DNA from: Rhina ancylostomus
Lineage: Eukaryota
Reading direction: 5' to 3'
Assembly (NCBI GenBank): GCA_030265395.1
Contig: JARFYF010000074.1
Coordinates: 91,746,543-91,808,752 of the forward strand
DNA length: 62,210 nucleotides
Both the position numbers and the translations under genes were made by a program. Positions 25,270 to 36,355 of the stretch are shown here, one piece after another. How positions within the stretch are numbered: position 1 is the stretch's first letter; the number at the start of each line of letters is the position of its first letter. The notes under the pieces were generated by a model that did no database searches, had not been told where the DNA came from, and saw nothing but the letters and a program-made list of their open reading frames with translations.

Positions 25270-28200
25270 ACGTGGTACCACACATCAGATTCCTGGAATG
25301 CATCTCCTCCTCCATGTGGGAAGTCCAGGGAATTTCCTGTATTCTGGAGAACCACATTGTAGGAAGTATTATCATCTGGAGTTTGAGCAACAGCTGACGG
25401 CACTGCAGTCCACCAGTATTCTCATGGAGAGCATGTTTCAGGAAGTGGTCAAGCTACAGCTTAAGAATGTTGGCAACAAGGAACTGGTTGATTTCAGACA
25501 AAAAAGATAAGACAGTAATTCAAGAAACCCCTGAGAGTACCTTCATTCTCCAACCAGCATTTCAGTTCTGAGTGATGATGGGGGAGAGGTTTCCTCTCTC
25601 GAATCAACCAAAGCCAGGACCACAGTGCCATGGGAGTTGAATTATATGCAGAGAGTGGAAAATGGTCAAAACAGTAAAAATAATAGGCAAGTCAGAGATT
25701 TCTGTTGTTGCAATAGTGATTCCAGGATGGTATACTGCCTCCCTTTATGGTTAAGAATGCCACTGGATTGTTGCAATGAATTCTAGTATGGCAGGATGAA
25801 CAGCCGGAGGCCATGATCCATATTCATTACTAATAACCTAGGAATAAGACATTTTTTACAGAGTTAGGAAACAGATTAAGAAACAGAAGCTGCAAGAGTA
25901 GTTTCCTGTCCCACGTATCAGTGCATATATAAATAGGATGGCAGCCCAGATAAGTATGTGGCTAGAGGTACAGGAGGGTAAACTCTAGGTTCCTGGGGCA
26001 TTGAGACCAGATCTGTGGGAAGGTGGGATCTGCACCGCCCAGATTGATTGCACTTCAAAGGAGCTGGGAAGATTTGTTATTGTTGTGTGTGGGGGTGGTA
26101 AACTAAGTTGGCAGGAAATTGGCACAGGAAGGCAAGATTGAGCAGAAGAAAGGAAATGCAAACAGAAATGGGAGTGATAAATAGCACCAGAATGAGAGAG
26201 AAAGTTTTTAAGACAGGACCACCGTAATAGTGTACAAGGATGTCCAGGATAGATTTACATAAGTGCATGCACTCTAAACCTAAGAAGCATGTTAAACAAG
26301 GTTGGTAAAATACAGGTGCAATTAGCCATGTTGGATTATGATGATGTGCCAATAACACTGACCTGACTTAAAAACAGTAGGAATAGGTTTTAACTATTCC
26401 TGGATATGAGGTTCTAGGACTCAAGCCATGGACTGTAGCAAGAATATTAATGAGGAGGGGTATATCTAGGAAACAGCAATTACAATATAAAGTTTAGAAG
26501 GATGAAAAATGTAAATCACTCTAAGGTGAAAATATTCAATTAAAGAAAGGCCATTTTCAATAGGATAAGAACAGCTGTCTGAGTAAACTGGAATCAATGC
26601 TTGGCAGGCAAAACTGTAATTGAGCAATGGGAGGCCTTTAACGTGGAAAAGTTTCTGCTACAGTCTAGGTGCTTTTCCATGCAGAAGGGAGGGAAACTTA
26701 AAGCCAGAGCCTGAACAGTTGGAGTAAAATGGAGAAAGATAAAAGGATTCCACTTTGATATCACAAGTGTGACAACATAAAAGTTCAGTGTGGAAATGAA
26801 AGAAGGGGAAATAAGAGTGGCAAATGAAGGGATTAAGCAAAGACACACAAGGGGATCCAAAAATATTATGTAAACATGTGAATAGGAAGAGAGTTTTGAG
26901 AGAAAATGGATCAATAAGACAAAAAGGAAATTTAAGAAAGCTGCAATGTTAATACTTTACACTGGTTTTCATGAAGAAAGAAGATGCTGCTGGACACTTA
27001 GAAGATGTAATTAAGATTCTGCTTGGGATAAAGATTAATAAAGAGAAGGTGCCAGAAAATTTGATCACATTTAGTGGGAAAGTCAAGGTGGGATGGATCC
27101 TGTTGCTGAAAGGGAGGAAATTGCAGAAACTCTGGCCATAATCTTTGAAACCTTTGCACGTTCAGGGGTGGTGCATGGTGACTGGAAGATTGCAGATATT
27201 ATATGACACCTTTGTTCAAAAAAAGGGCACAGGGATAAACCTAGTAATGGAAACTTCAATGGTGGGGAAAGATCTAGAAATATTAGAGAAACAAAGGACT
27301 GCAGGTGCCAGAAATAATAAGGGATAAAATTAGGAGTTACTTGGAGAAGTGTGGATTACTTAGAAAAAGCCAGCATGAATTGTTAAAGGCAATTTTTGTC
27401 TAGCTAGATTGCTAAGTTTTTGATGCAGAAATAAAGAAGATTAATGCAGGAAATGTGGTTGACTTGTATATATGGACTTGCAAAAAGCATTTGATAAGAT
27501 ACCACATTAAAAACTTGTCAGCAAGATTGAAGGCCATGGAAGAAATGAGGCTGTAGCAGCATGGCTCGAAAATTGGCTGAGTAACAGGATCAGAGAAGAC
27601 TAGTGAAAGGCTGTTTGCTCAGATGGGAGGAACCGCACAGTGGACTTCACTGGGTGTTGGAACTCTGGCTACCACTTTCTTATTATATACGTTAATGAGT
27701 TAGACTGGGCTGTGTATGACACAATTTCCAAGTTTGCAGATGACAAAACCTGGAGGCTAGTGACCCATAAGAAGCACAGAATTTGACTTCAAGGAGATAC
27801 AGACAGGTGAATGGAATAGGCAGATGGGTGGCAGCTAAAATTTAATGCTGAGAAATACAGAGTGTTATATTTTGATAGGAATAATAAGAAGCTATATAAA
27901 ATAAAGGGCACAGTTCTAAAAGGGGTACATGAACGGAGAGATTTGGAGGTGTATGTGCATAGCTCATTAAAAAGAGTAGATTCAGAAAATGGATAAAGTA
28001 GTACATATTTTATAAGAAAAGGGCAAGGAACTCATGATGAACTTTTAAATAGACCTTGGAATGACCATGGTATTGTGCTCCAGAGCAACATGAAGGCTTT
28101 GGAGAGGGTAAAAATAGAATGATGAGCAACTTCTATTATGTGAATAAATTGGGATACACTGGGTTGCCTGGAAATGAGAGATTCAAAATTATGAAGGGTA

Positions 28201-28515
28201 TAGACAAAGCAGATAGAGAAAAGGGGTCAAGAACTGGGAAATGTAGAGTGAGAGTGATTAGCAAATGAATCAAAGGTGACAGAACCTTTTTTTACACAGC
28301 AATTAGTTAAGGTGTAGAGTGCACTACCAGGAGTAATAGTTGAGGCAGACTTAACTGTAGCATTCAAAAGGGAGGTGAATAATGCCTGAAAGAAAAGAAT
28401 CTGCAAGACTCTGGGGAAGAGGGTGAGGGAGCGGCTGTGGTTAGATTGCTCTTACATAGAGCAAGTAGGGACTCCCACATGCTGAAGGGCTTCCTTCCAT
28501 GCTGTAACCATTCTG
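25270..28515 (+). mobile_element. Near full-length, heavily decayed CR1 LINE (ORF1 with zinc-finger and SGNH-esterase remnants, ORF2, 3' UTR)
   Basis: HCRKY..LEFEQQLTAL; RMVYCLP and EQPEAMIHIHTNNLG (esterase-like); YMDLQKAFDKIPH, KFADD, ERRDLEVYVHSSL; tail gctgaagggcttccttccatgctgtaaccattctgtg. Confidence 0.8.
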
Positions 28516-29869
28516 TGGTTGTATGTCTTCTGATTCTTCTGCCCTCTGTAAATAGAGGTTAGCTTCTTTGTCTACCCAATCTAAACCATCCATCAAATCA
28601 TCTCAACTTTTTGTTCCAAGGAGAACAGCCACAGATTCTTTTGTCTATACCTGTTACTGAAATCCCTCCACTAGTAGGATTACTAGTTTCTCTAAGATTC
28701 CCATCTATGACGACGTGGTTGTACAGGGTGAATCTAATGACTTTTCCACCATGCTGCTGAGATTTAATTAATATGCTTGTAAATTCTCAGTTATGACTCG
28801 TCCTTTTAAATATTGGTATCTAGCCTAAGGGAGTGACTGCAGGCTTCACAGAGTGGCCACAATTACATCAAACGACATGAGGAAGTCAACAATTAGCTAT
28901 TGTTTTGAAATATCAAGGCAATGCCCATATTCATGTAGATAATTTCAAATTTAGCAATGTATCAGCCTAGTTTGTGGTGAAGATAAACATAAAGTAGTGA
29001 CTTAAAAAAATCTGTTTCACCAACAACAGAATCTATCCATAATGATCCCAGAAATAACATTAGCTAAAATGGGTCTTGTAACTCTAATCTTTTTGAAATA
29101 GTTTCCGTCAATCTTCATAACACTGAAGATGGTATTCCATTGTTCTACTTGCTCTCCAAATCTGTCTGACGTTGTCTATACTGGAACTTGTCATGGCATT
29201 AATTATGTTACATTGTGAGAATAACAATCTGGCATTTACCAGATATGCATCGATTTAATGCATGCATACAAGGTGCAGCTGCAAAATAAGTGTAATCCAG
29301 AGAATGTGCCAATATGGTATCACAGATATAAAGTAAAATGAAGGAAATAATTACATTTCTGTATTTATTCCAAAATTGCTGTTTGTTTCAAATGGTACAC
29401 GATCTGCAGATATTGAAGGAAATGTAAAAATTATGGGGGGAGGGGCAACATTTCAGGCCACATCTCCCTGCCTCAGACAAAAGCAGTAGGTTCATATTCT
29501 ACTTAGATTTCATTTCCACTTATTTTTAAAAAGGAATATGAATTCTCTGGTAGTTGATTCTTTGTTTTTGACAAATGAGCCACTTCATTTCAAAAGTTTC
29601 AGTCTGGTGCCTGAAATATGTGCAAACTGATTATTATTGTATATGGAAAGTTGATTCAGGTTTGAATCCAGCAGAGTCTAGACGTGAGGTCATTTTTATT
29701 GTGTGAATCAGGGAAGAAGGTGGTTTTCTAACATAACTTGATAGCCAAATGCAAGTTTTTGACCAAAAATTCAAATTGCAAATCCAGCCAATACACCAGT
29801 TATTAATGATTATACATTATGTAACTGTAATTGAATCTGACTGGGTTAATTAGAAAACCCATAAATCAG

Positions 29870-31150
29870 AAAGCAAGCATCAAATTGGACAAGGAATAAG
29901 GCATTCAGTCTCTCAAGTGTGTCCTGCCACTTTATTTAGGGCATAGCTGCTCAGTATCTCCTCCATTTGCCTTTGTTCCAGATCACCTGATTGTTATAAC
30001 TAACAACAATCCAACATTGTGTTGGAAATGTCAAAAGACCTGGCATCCACAAACTGTTGAAAGAATGAATTCCAGATTTCCACTCTCTGTTCTCAATAAC
30101 AGCTTCCTTATTTCATTTAGTTTTTTTTTACTAATTCATGGGATCTGGATGTTCATTGGGTATTCCCAATTTACCCTAACTAAGTCAACAGACAAAGTCA
30201 GTAGATGAGTTCAGCAAGTTTCTTTCCCTAGATGATGCAAATTAACAATTCAGTGGTTGCATGATTTTAATTCTAGAGTATTTTCTCCATCAGCCTTAGT
30301 GGGATTTGAACTCCAGTCTCTGGATCAATGGCCCAAGCTGCTGGATGCTTGTCCATAACCTACATACCACTTGTTGTACTTCCAGTCCAAAATTTTGTAA
30401 CCTTTTTTCTTTGTATTTGCCCTATTGAAATATATTATCATTATAAACACCTCAATAAGATCAACTCTCAAACATTTAAACAGAAAGTAATACACCCAAG
30501 CCTTCGAAAACTGTTCTCATAATTTTTTTTAAATCCGGTGAATCACTGCTGAGTCTTCCTCAAAGACTAACACATACTGTATATGCCAAAATGTGGTGTG
30601 TGAAGCTGAAGATGGAGTCTGATCAACATTCTTTTCCAGTTAAAGATCACTTTCTCACTTCTGTACTCCAGCTCCTGTAATATTACTCCTTTGGTATTAG
30701 GAAGATATTGTGACATACCTTGCTCTAATCCGCCGCTTCCCACTTCTTGCCATAGTTTACCCGCTCAAACCGATAGGGTTAGAAATTCATCCCCGGCTAC
30801 CCGTGCATAATTTGCAATATACCAGTGGTACTACATTTCTAAAATTCAGTTCTACTGATTTCAAGCAGAAAGCAATGTTCACCTTCTATATTGTATGGTT
30901 TGCATGTGGCCATGGATGAATTTTTATCCAGAATCTTTCAATATCCCTTTCACGATAACTCATTATCATCCACAATCCTTTCAACATCGTGTCATCTGCA
31001 AACACTGACATAGAACTCTCTGAACCTCCATCCCAGTCAAAATAATGAAATTAAGGCCACAGTACAGACTGCTGGAAAGCACCAAATATCATATCCCACT
31101 ATCTGGGGATAAACCCTTTCAACTTGATCTTTGCTTCCCCTCTCCCATTC
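29870..31150 (-). mobile_element. Decayed CR1 fragments interrupted by an old SINE-like insert (about 30110-30375)
   Basis: Reverse CR1 tail and RT motifs (gtgtcatctgcaaaca = FADDT); the insert carries a reverse tRNA-like head gtgggatttgaactccagtctctgga. Confidence 0.55.
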
Positions 31151-32401
31151 TATTAATCACATCATAAAGTTCTATTACATACAATGAATTTGAAAGACTA
31201 AACAAATGTTAATAGGGGTTATATATTAATAATTCAATTGTATTCAACTGACATGGGAATTTTTAATCTGACACTGGCACTTTCAATCAACAGAAACTAT
31301 TTTATGAAACTAGAGTAAAATCAGTACGCTACTGGAAATGATAAGATTTTGCACTTGGATTATTTGGGTTAATCATCAATTCTTTTTGATGTTAAATGTT
31401 CTCAAAATGAAAGGCTGGTGTATCATTATTGTTTTAACTTCTGGTAATAATCGTGCACTGCAACCCATTTTATAGACCAGTTGGTGAACTCTTGTTGGAA
31501 AGCTTAATCTTATGGATTTAAATAACAAACTTTGGACAGTGGTGAGCACTGGAAATGCTTTTCATGGGTAAAACTGAAATGTGAGCAATCCTTTTGATAC
31601 AGTATGCACAAGTGAAGTCTCACGCCAATGAAAATTGGAAATAAATGAAACCATAAGACAATCTGAGGGGACGTTGTGTAGTGGNNNNNNNNNNNNNNNN
31701 NNNNNNNNNNNNNNNNNNNNNNNNNNNNNNNNNNNNNNNNNNNNNNNNNNNNNNNNNNNNNNNNNNNNNNNNNNNNNNNNNNNNTGTAGTGGAATTTTGC
31801 GTCTCAATTGTGCTCTGTTTTCGTTAACTGGGTGGGGGAGGTTCGCACTAGCACGAGAACTTCATCCCTCATCAGACTGAGATGTGAGATTTCATTCTTT
31901 CGTTCCTATTTTTAAGAGGCTGTAGAGATATATTTGGAAGTTTCCAGTAAATCGTGTGTATGCTCCCTAAATTTCCAGTGGCCGCGCATGCAGCAAATTT
32001 CCCCCTTTATTGTCGGCATATTCTCGCAGCCAGCCCCAAGCTACTCACCAGCTTTCGGCTCCTTCCTGATTTTTTCCAAAAATATTAACTCATCATAAAA
32101 CAAAACCTTCTTCCAACGTGCCTTGGTGACCTTGCTCAAGATGCAGTTCAAACAGATCATCAACAAGCAACGCAAATTATACCCTCCCCATCCACAAAGA
32201 GCATTAATGATCCAACTACTTGCTGCCACATTTAAAGCACGAACAAATTATTTACAACTGTCTACAAAGTCCCGCAAGACGTACAGGTTCAGGATCGGTT
32301 TACCACGACAAAGCCCAAGCCCGATGACGCCCAAAACTTGCAAACGCAACATCGTTCCCCTTTCAGCCAAAGGCAGGGATTGAGTGAAAGGGAGGGTGGG
32401 C

Positions 32402-32425
32402 GAGAGAGAGAGAGAGAGAGAGAGA
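32402..32425. repeat. (GA)n microsatellite
   Basis: About 12 GA units, just inside the candidate intron 2. Confidence 0.95.
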
Positions 32426-32435
32426 TCAAACTTAC

Positions 32436-32492
32436 TTCAGCATTTATCAAGACGACGGCCAGAAGGACAAAAAACGGAATACTTTTGAATAC
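32436..32492 (-). CDS. Candidate 57-nt exon 2, VFKSIPFFVLLAVVLINAE (signal-peptide-like); could instead be 5' UTR ending in ATGCTGAA
   Basis: Acceptor tgttttgttttaaacag, donor GAA|gtaagt, 94-nt upstream intron, phase 0-0, hydrophobic core. Confidence 0.5.
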
Positions 32493-32586
32493 CTGTTTAA
32501 AACAAAACATACACTGTAAATGCGATCGCGGGGTGAGGGAGCAGCAGATGGAAGTCAGATCAAAGGCAGCCAAACCTGGTTCTTAC

Positions 32587-32589
32587 CAT
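32587..32589 (-). CDS. Candidate start codon at the end of exon 1 of an unidentified gene
   Basis: ccttccgaaATG|gtaaga donor; purine at -3 and G at +4 after splicing; upstream CT-rich 5' UTR-like sequence inside the CpG island. Confidence 0.45.
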
Positions 32590-34229
32590 TTCGGAAGGAT
32601 CGCAGCCGGAGCAGCAGAGAGAGAGGAATGCAACCGACCCGAGCCGGAGAGGGGGATTTGGAGGAAATATGATCAGCACTTCGAGATTTAAAGAAGGACC
32701 GCACCCCTCCTCCGCGGCTCGGAACAAACACCGAAACAGCCGACCTGCGAGAGCTTTATCAAACTGTGGCGGAGCGCCGGCGGAGCGGAGGGCGCGCCCT
32801 TCACAAGGTGCAACGTCTCCGGCGAGGATGTGGCGAATTTCGGCAAATCTTTGCCTTTCTTGGGTCACACGGGTCGGGGGTAAGTAACATTGAAGGAACA
32901 GCTGCAGGAATTTGCAGTTGTTATTGGAGGAACCCAGGTCACATGATCGCTTGAAGATGCGAACATTGGCAAGAGGAAACATTATTCTACATGTCACAAA
33001 TCACTGCGGACGGTTAGATAGCGGAAACCGGAGAAAGTTTGCAGGACCGTGGAGCGTTACCTCGGAGTACTTTCTCATCATGTGCGATAAATGCTGCCCG
33101 GCAGATGTTTTTTCTTTAATAATTTCGCGTATCCATGTATAACTTCACGTACCCTGAACATCTGGATCTGAGGCGTTTCATGGCTCCGGAAAGCGAGAAC
33201 AGATCTACCATTTACTTCTGTCTCTGCATTATTTCCGATTTTGAAGTTAGATTCCTCATATGACAGGAGATTTGATGTAATTTAATGCATCATTTTAGAA
33301 TTGAAAAGAATGACGTTTCATTATTCGTCCTATTTTCATTTAGGATTCTTTGGTAATAATTTGGACAAAATCAGGAGAGGCTAATATTTGTCATTAAATA
33401 ATGTTGCTGAAAGGATGTTGTCCGTGAAACTGGGCTGTGAAGCACCAGCTTTTTCGGTGCTACTGGTACTGTTTTACTTCCAATTTCATTCACAAATTGT
33501 GAATGCACATATTTAGCAAGATTCTCAATCCTTGGCTAGTTGGATAGTGTGGAAGTGCATAGAAAGTATATAGAGTGGAAAGCTGGTGACACTGGTTCTT
33601 GTCCAATGTTACTTGATGCCAGCTCTGCAACATTGGGCCATGGCATTCTAGTTAACCTCACATCTTAACGGGAAACCCTGTTTACCTGTGCTAATTTAAA
33701 GAGAACTTCAATAACTCATGGGTTCGTTGAAGATTGAATTGAAGCTCTGGTTGTTCGGGAGAACTGAAGTTACGTATAAGTAAAGTGATAATGTTCCAAT
33801 ACCTTCAAAGAATGCTGCAGCTATAGTTGATTCTGGAATTTAATTAGTAATATGTGTTTACCATGAGAAAAGACTGTTTCTCTAACCCTCCAATAGGAGG
33901 TGAAGAAGCCTGCAGAATTCCTAACTTCTCAGAAAAGGCAGGAAGAGGAGGAGGTGGAAGAGAAGAAGGACTCTGAACAGGAGGACAAATCCAGCAAGAG
34001 TGTTCCAAAAACATATATGCCATGTGTGGACGTGACTAAGAAGCAAGTGTCTTTGAAGACTCCACTCTTCCAAAATGTATGTGATGGAGATTTGTCATAA
34101 ACTCAGCTATCAACAGAAGAATCTGTGGATCTTCCTGGCAGCATGCCTAATTACATTGTCAGCTCCCAAGTGCAGTAGCAGACAACAAGAGAGATGAATT
34201 CATTTCCTCCTTGGGCAGAGAGCAGAGAT

Positions 34230-34530
34230 GATGTGCATGTTGGGTTTGTCCTATTTTCAGGCTTTCTGGTGCTGGGGTGGGGGAGCAGCATCTGCATCGC
34301 CCTGATGGCCCAAAGAACATGAAACTATACCAGATGTCACTGGACGTTACACTTCCCGTATGTTCAGGTAGTCTGTGACCACACCCAGAAAACTGGTCAA
34401 TGTCAAGAACCTGTAGATATCCACATACCTTCATCATCTTAGGCCAATTAGCTGTGTCCACTATCAGCTATATTGCCAAATCAATAGGTGACTGCTTGTG
34501 GTCAAAGCTTGTTCCTGTATACCTGGACCC
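34230..34530 (+). mobile_element. Harbinger/PIF transposase N-terminal relic
   Basis: WVCPIFR, KLYQMSLD, QVVCDHTQKTGQCQEPVD and GQLAVSTISYIAKSIGDCLWSKLVPVYL follow the order of Harbinger transposase N-terminal/HTH motifs, with frameshifts. Confidence 0.55.
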
Positions 34531-34599
34531 AGACTCCAGTGAATCTGACCTGAACAGTGCATCTGACCTGAATATTAGGACAAAATGCAGTCTCCTGGA

Positions 34600-36355
34600 A
34601 TTTCATGGAACACAAGATTCATGTTTCACAACTCTTTTAGAGTTCTTTGAAGAAGTAACCAAAAGGATAGATGAGGGTAGGGCAGTGGACGTCCATTTAG
34701 ACTTTAGTAAGGCCTTCAACGTGGNNNNNNNNNNNNNNNNNNNNNNNNNNNNNNNNNNNNNNNNNNNNNNNNNNNNNNNNNNNNNNNNNNNNNNNNNNNN
34801 NNNNNNNNNNNNNNNNNNNNNNNNTGAGGGTAGGGCAGTGGACGTCCATTTAGACTTTAGTAAGGCCTTCAACGTGGTCCCACATGGCAGACTAGTCTGG
34901 AAGATTAGGTCCCATGGAATCCAGGGAGAGCTAGTTAGGTGGATTCAAAATTACCTCAAAGGTAGGAGGCAGAAGGTGGTGGTTAAAGGTTGTTTCCTGG
35001 AATAGAGACCAGTGATTAGTGATGTGCTACAGGGGTTGGTTTGGGACCTGTGTTATTCGTTATTTGTATAAATGATTTGGATGCAAATGCATAAAGCTTG
35101 TTCAGCAAGTTTGCAGATGATGCAAAGTTAGGAGGTGTTGTTGATAGTGAAGAAGGTTATCATAGATTACAGGGGAGTCTTGAGCAGTTGGGGAAGTGGG
35201 CTGAGGACTGGCAAGTGGATTGCAATACAGATAAGCGTGAGGTGATGCATTTGGAAAGTCAAACCAGAGTAGGGCTTATACCATGAATGGCAGGGCATTA
35301 GGGAGCATAAGGGAACTGAGGGACCTAGGAGTACAAATGCATAGTTCATTTAAAGAGGCATCACAGGTAGGCAGGGTGGTAAAAAAGGCATTTAGCATGT
35401 TGGCCTTCAGTCAGGGCACTGAGTATAGGAGTTGGAACATTATGTTGCAGTGTATAACTCATTGGTGAGGCTGCACTTGGAGTACTGTGTACAGTTTTGG
35501 TCACCCTATTATAGAAAAGGGTTAAACTGGAAAGAATGCATAGTAGATTTATGAGTGTGTTACCAGGACTAGAGGGCCTGAGTTCTAGGCAGAGGTTGTT
35601 CAGGCTAGGTCTTTATTCCTTGGAATGTAGGAGAATGAGGGACGACCTTAGAAATGTTTAAAATTATGAGAGGCATAGATAAGGTGGATGGTAACAGTCT
35701 TCCCCCGGTTAGGGGAGTCCAAAACTAGGGGGCATAGATTTAGGGTGAGAGCTATCTTCATATAATATAGATCCCTTTTCAATAACCTTTGAACTTAGAG
35801 GAGCGGAGTTGACAACATAATAATGCTTTTTGTTCATCGAGAAATATCAGTCCAGTTTGTTTTGATTTTTTTGATTTGGGTTTTTTTATTATAGAATAAA
35901 TCTTTTTCTTTCTATTTTTGATTTTTTTTCTGTATTATATTCACTTATTAAGAGACTGTGGGGTCTAGAATATTTTTTATTCTTTGATTATATATATCAT
36001 GATTGTCCTCCCAATCTCTTTGTATCACGTGTATAATCATTGTTATTTGTATTAATCTGTATTAATTTGAAAATTAATAAAAAGATTGAAAGGGGAGAGA
36101 TTTAAAAGGGGACCTGAGGGGCAACTTTTTAATGCAGGGTGTGGGGAGTATGGAATAAGCTGCCAGAGGAAGTGGTTGAGGCAGGAACAATAGTATTAGT
36201 TAAGCAGCACTTGGATGGGTACATGGAGGGGTGGGGTTTAGAGGGATATGGGCCAAATGCAAGAAATTGGGACAAGCTGGGTGAGCACCATGGTTGGTGT
36301 GGACTGGTTGGGCTGAAGGGCCTGTATCCATGCTGTATTGCTCTATGACTGTATG
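34600..36355 (+). mobile_element. CR1 LINE RT to 3' end (relatively young), interrupted at 35752-36091
   Basis: TLLEFFEEVTKRIDEGRAVDVHLDFSKAFNVVPHGRL, SKFADDAKLGGVVDSEEG, VWNKLPEEVVEAG; tail gggctgaagggcctgtatccatgctgtattgctctatgact. Confidence 0.95.
35752..36091 (+). mobile_element. Probable L1/Tx1-type 3' UTR insertion inside CR1
   Basis: T-rich 340-bp block ending in aataaaaagattgaaa; the CR1 text gggtgagag|ggggagagattt resumes exactly across it (compare the uninterrupted copy at about 44560). Confidence 0.55.

Larger units (their letters stand above)
31790..33200. promoter_or_regulatory. CpG island, probable bidirectional promoter
   Basis: The only long CpG-dense, GC-rich stretch in a CpG-depleted window; NRF1-like gcgcatgc at about 31984; splice donors face outward on both strands (32585 minus, 32880 plus). 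Confidence 0.85.

Noticed and set aside
32436-32589. Assigning a gene symbol to the CpG-island gene
   Set aside because: I do not recognise the 20-aa peptide or the alternative N-termini; any name would be a guess.
32338-33142. Several overlapping ORFs of 62-145 aa in the CpG island
   Set aside because: GC-rich sequence is stop-poor, the ORFs have no recognisable domains, and they run through splice donors.
34671-34877. Exact repeat of about 53 bp (tgagggtagggcagtggacgtcc...caacgtgg) either side of a 100-N gap, inflating the 201-aa ORF 34400-35005
   Set aside because: Overlapping contig ends (assembly artefact); the ORF is a chance read-through of Harbinger relic, CR1 and Ns, not a fusion gene.
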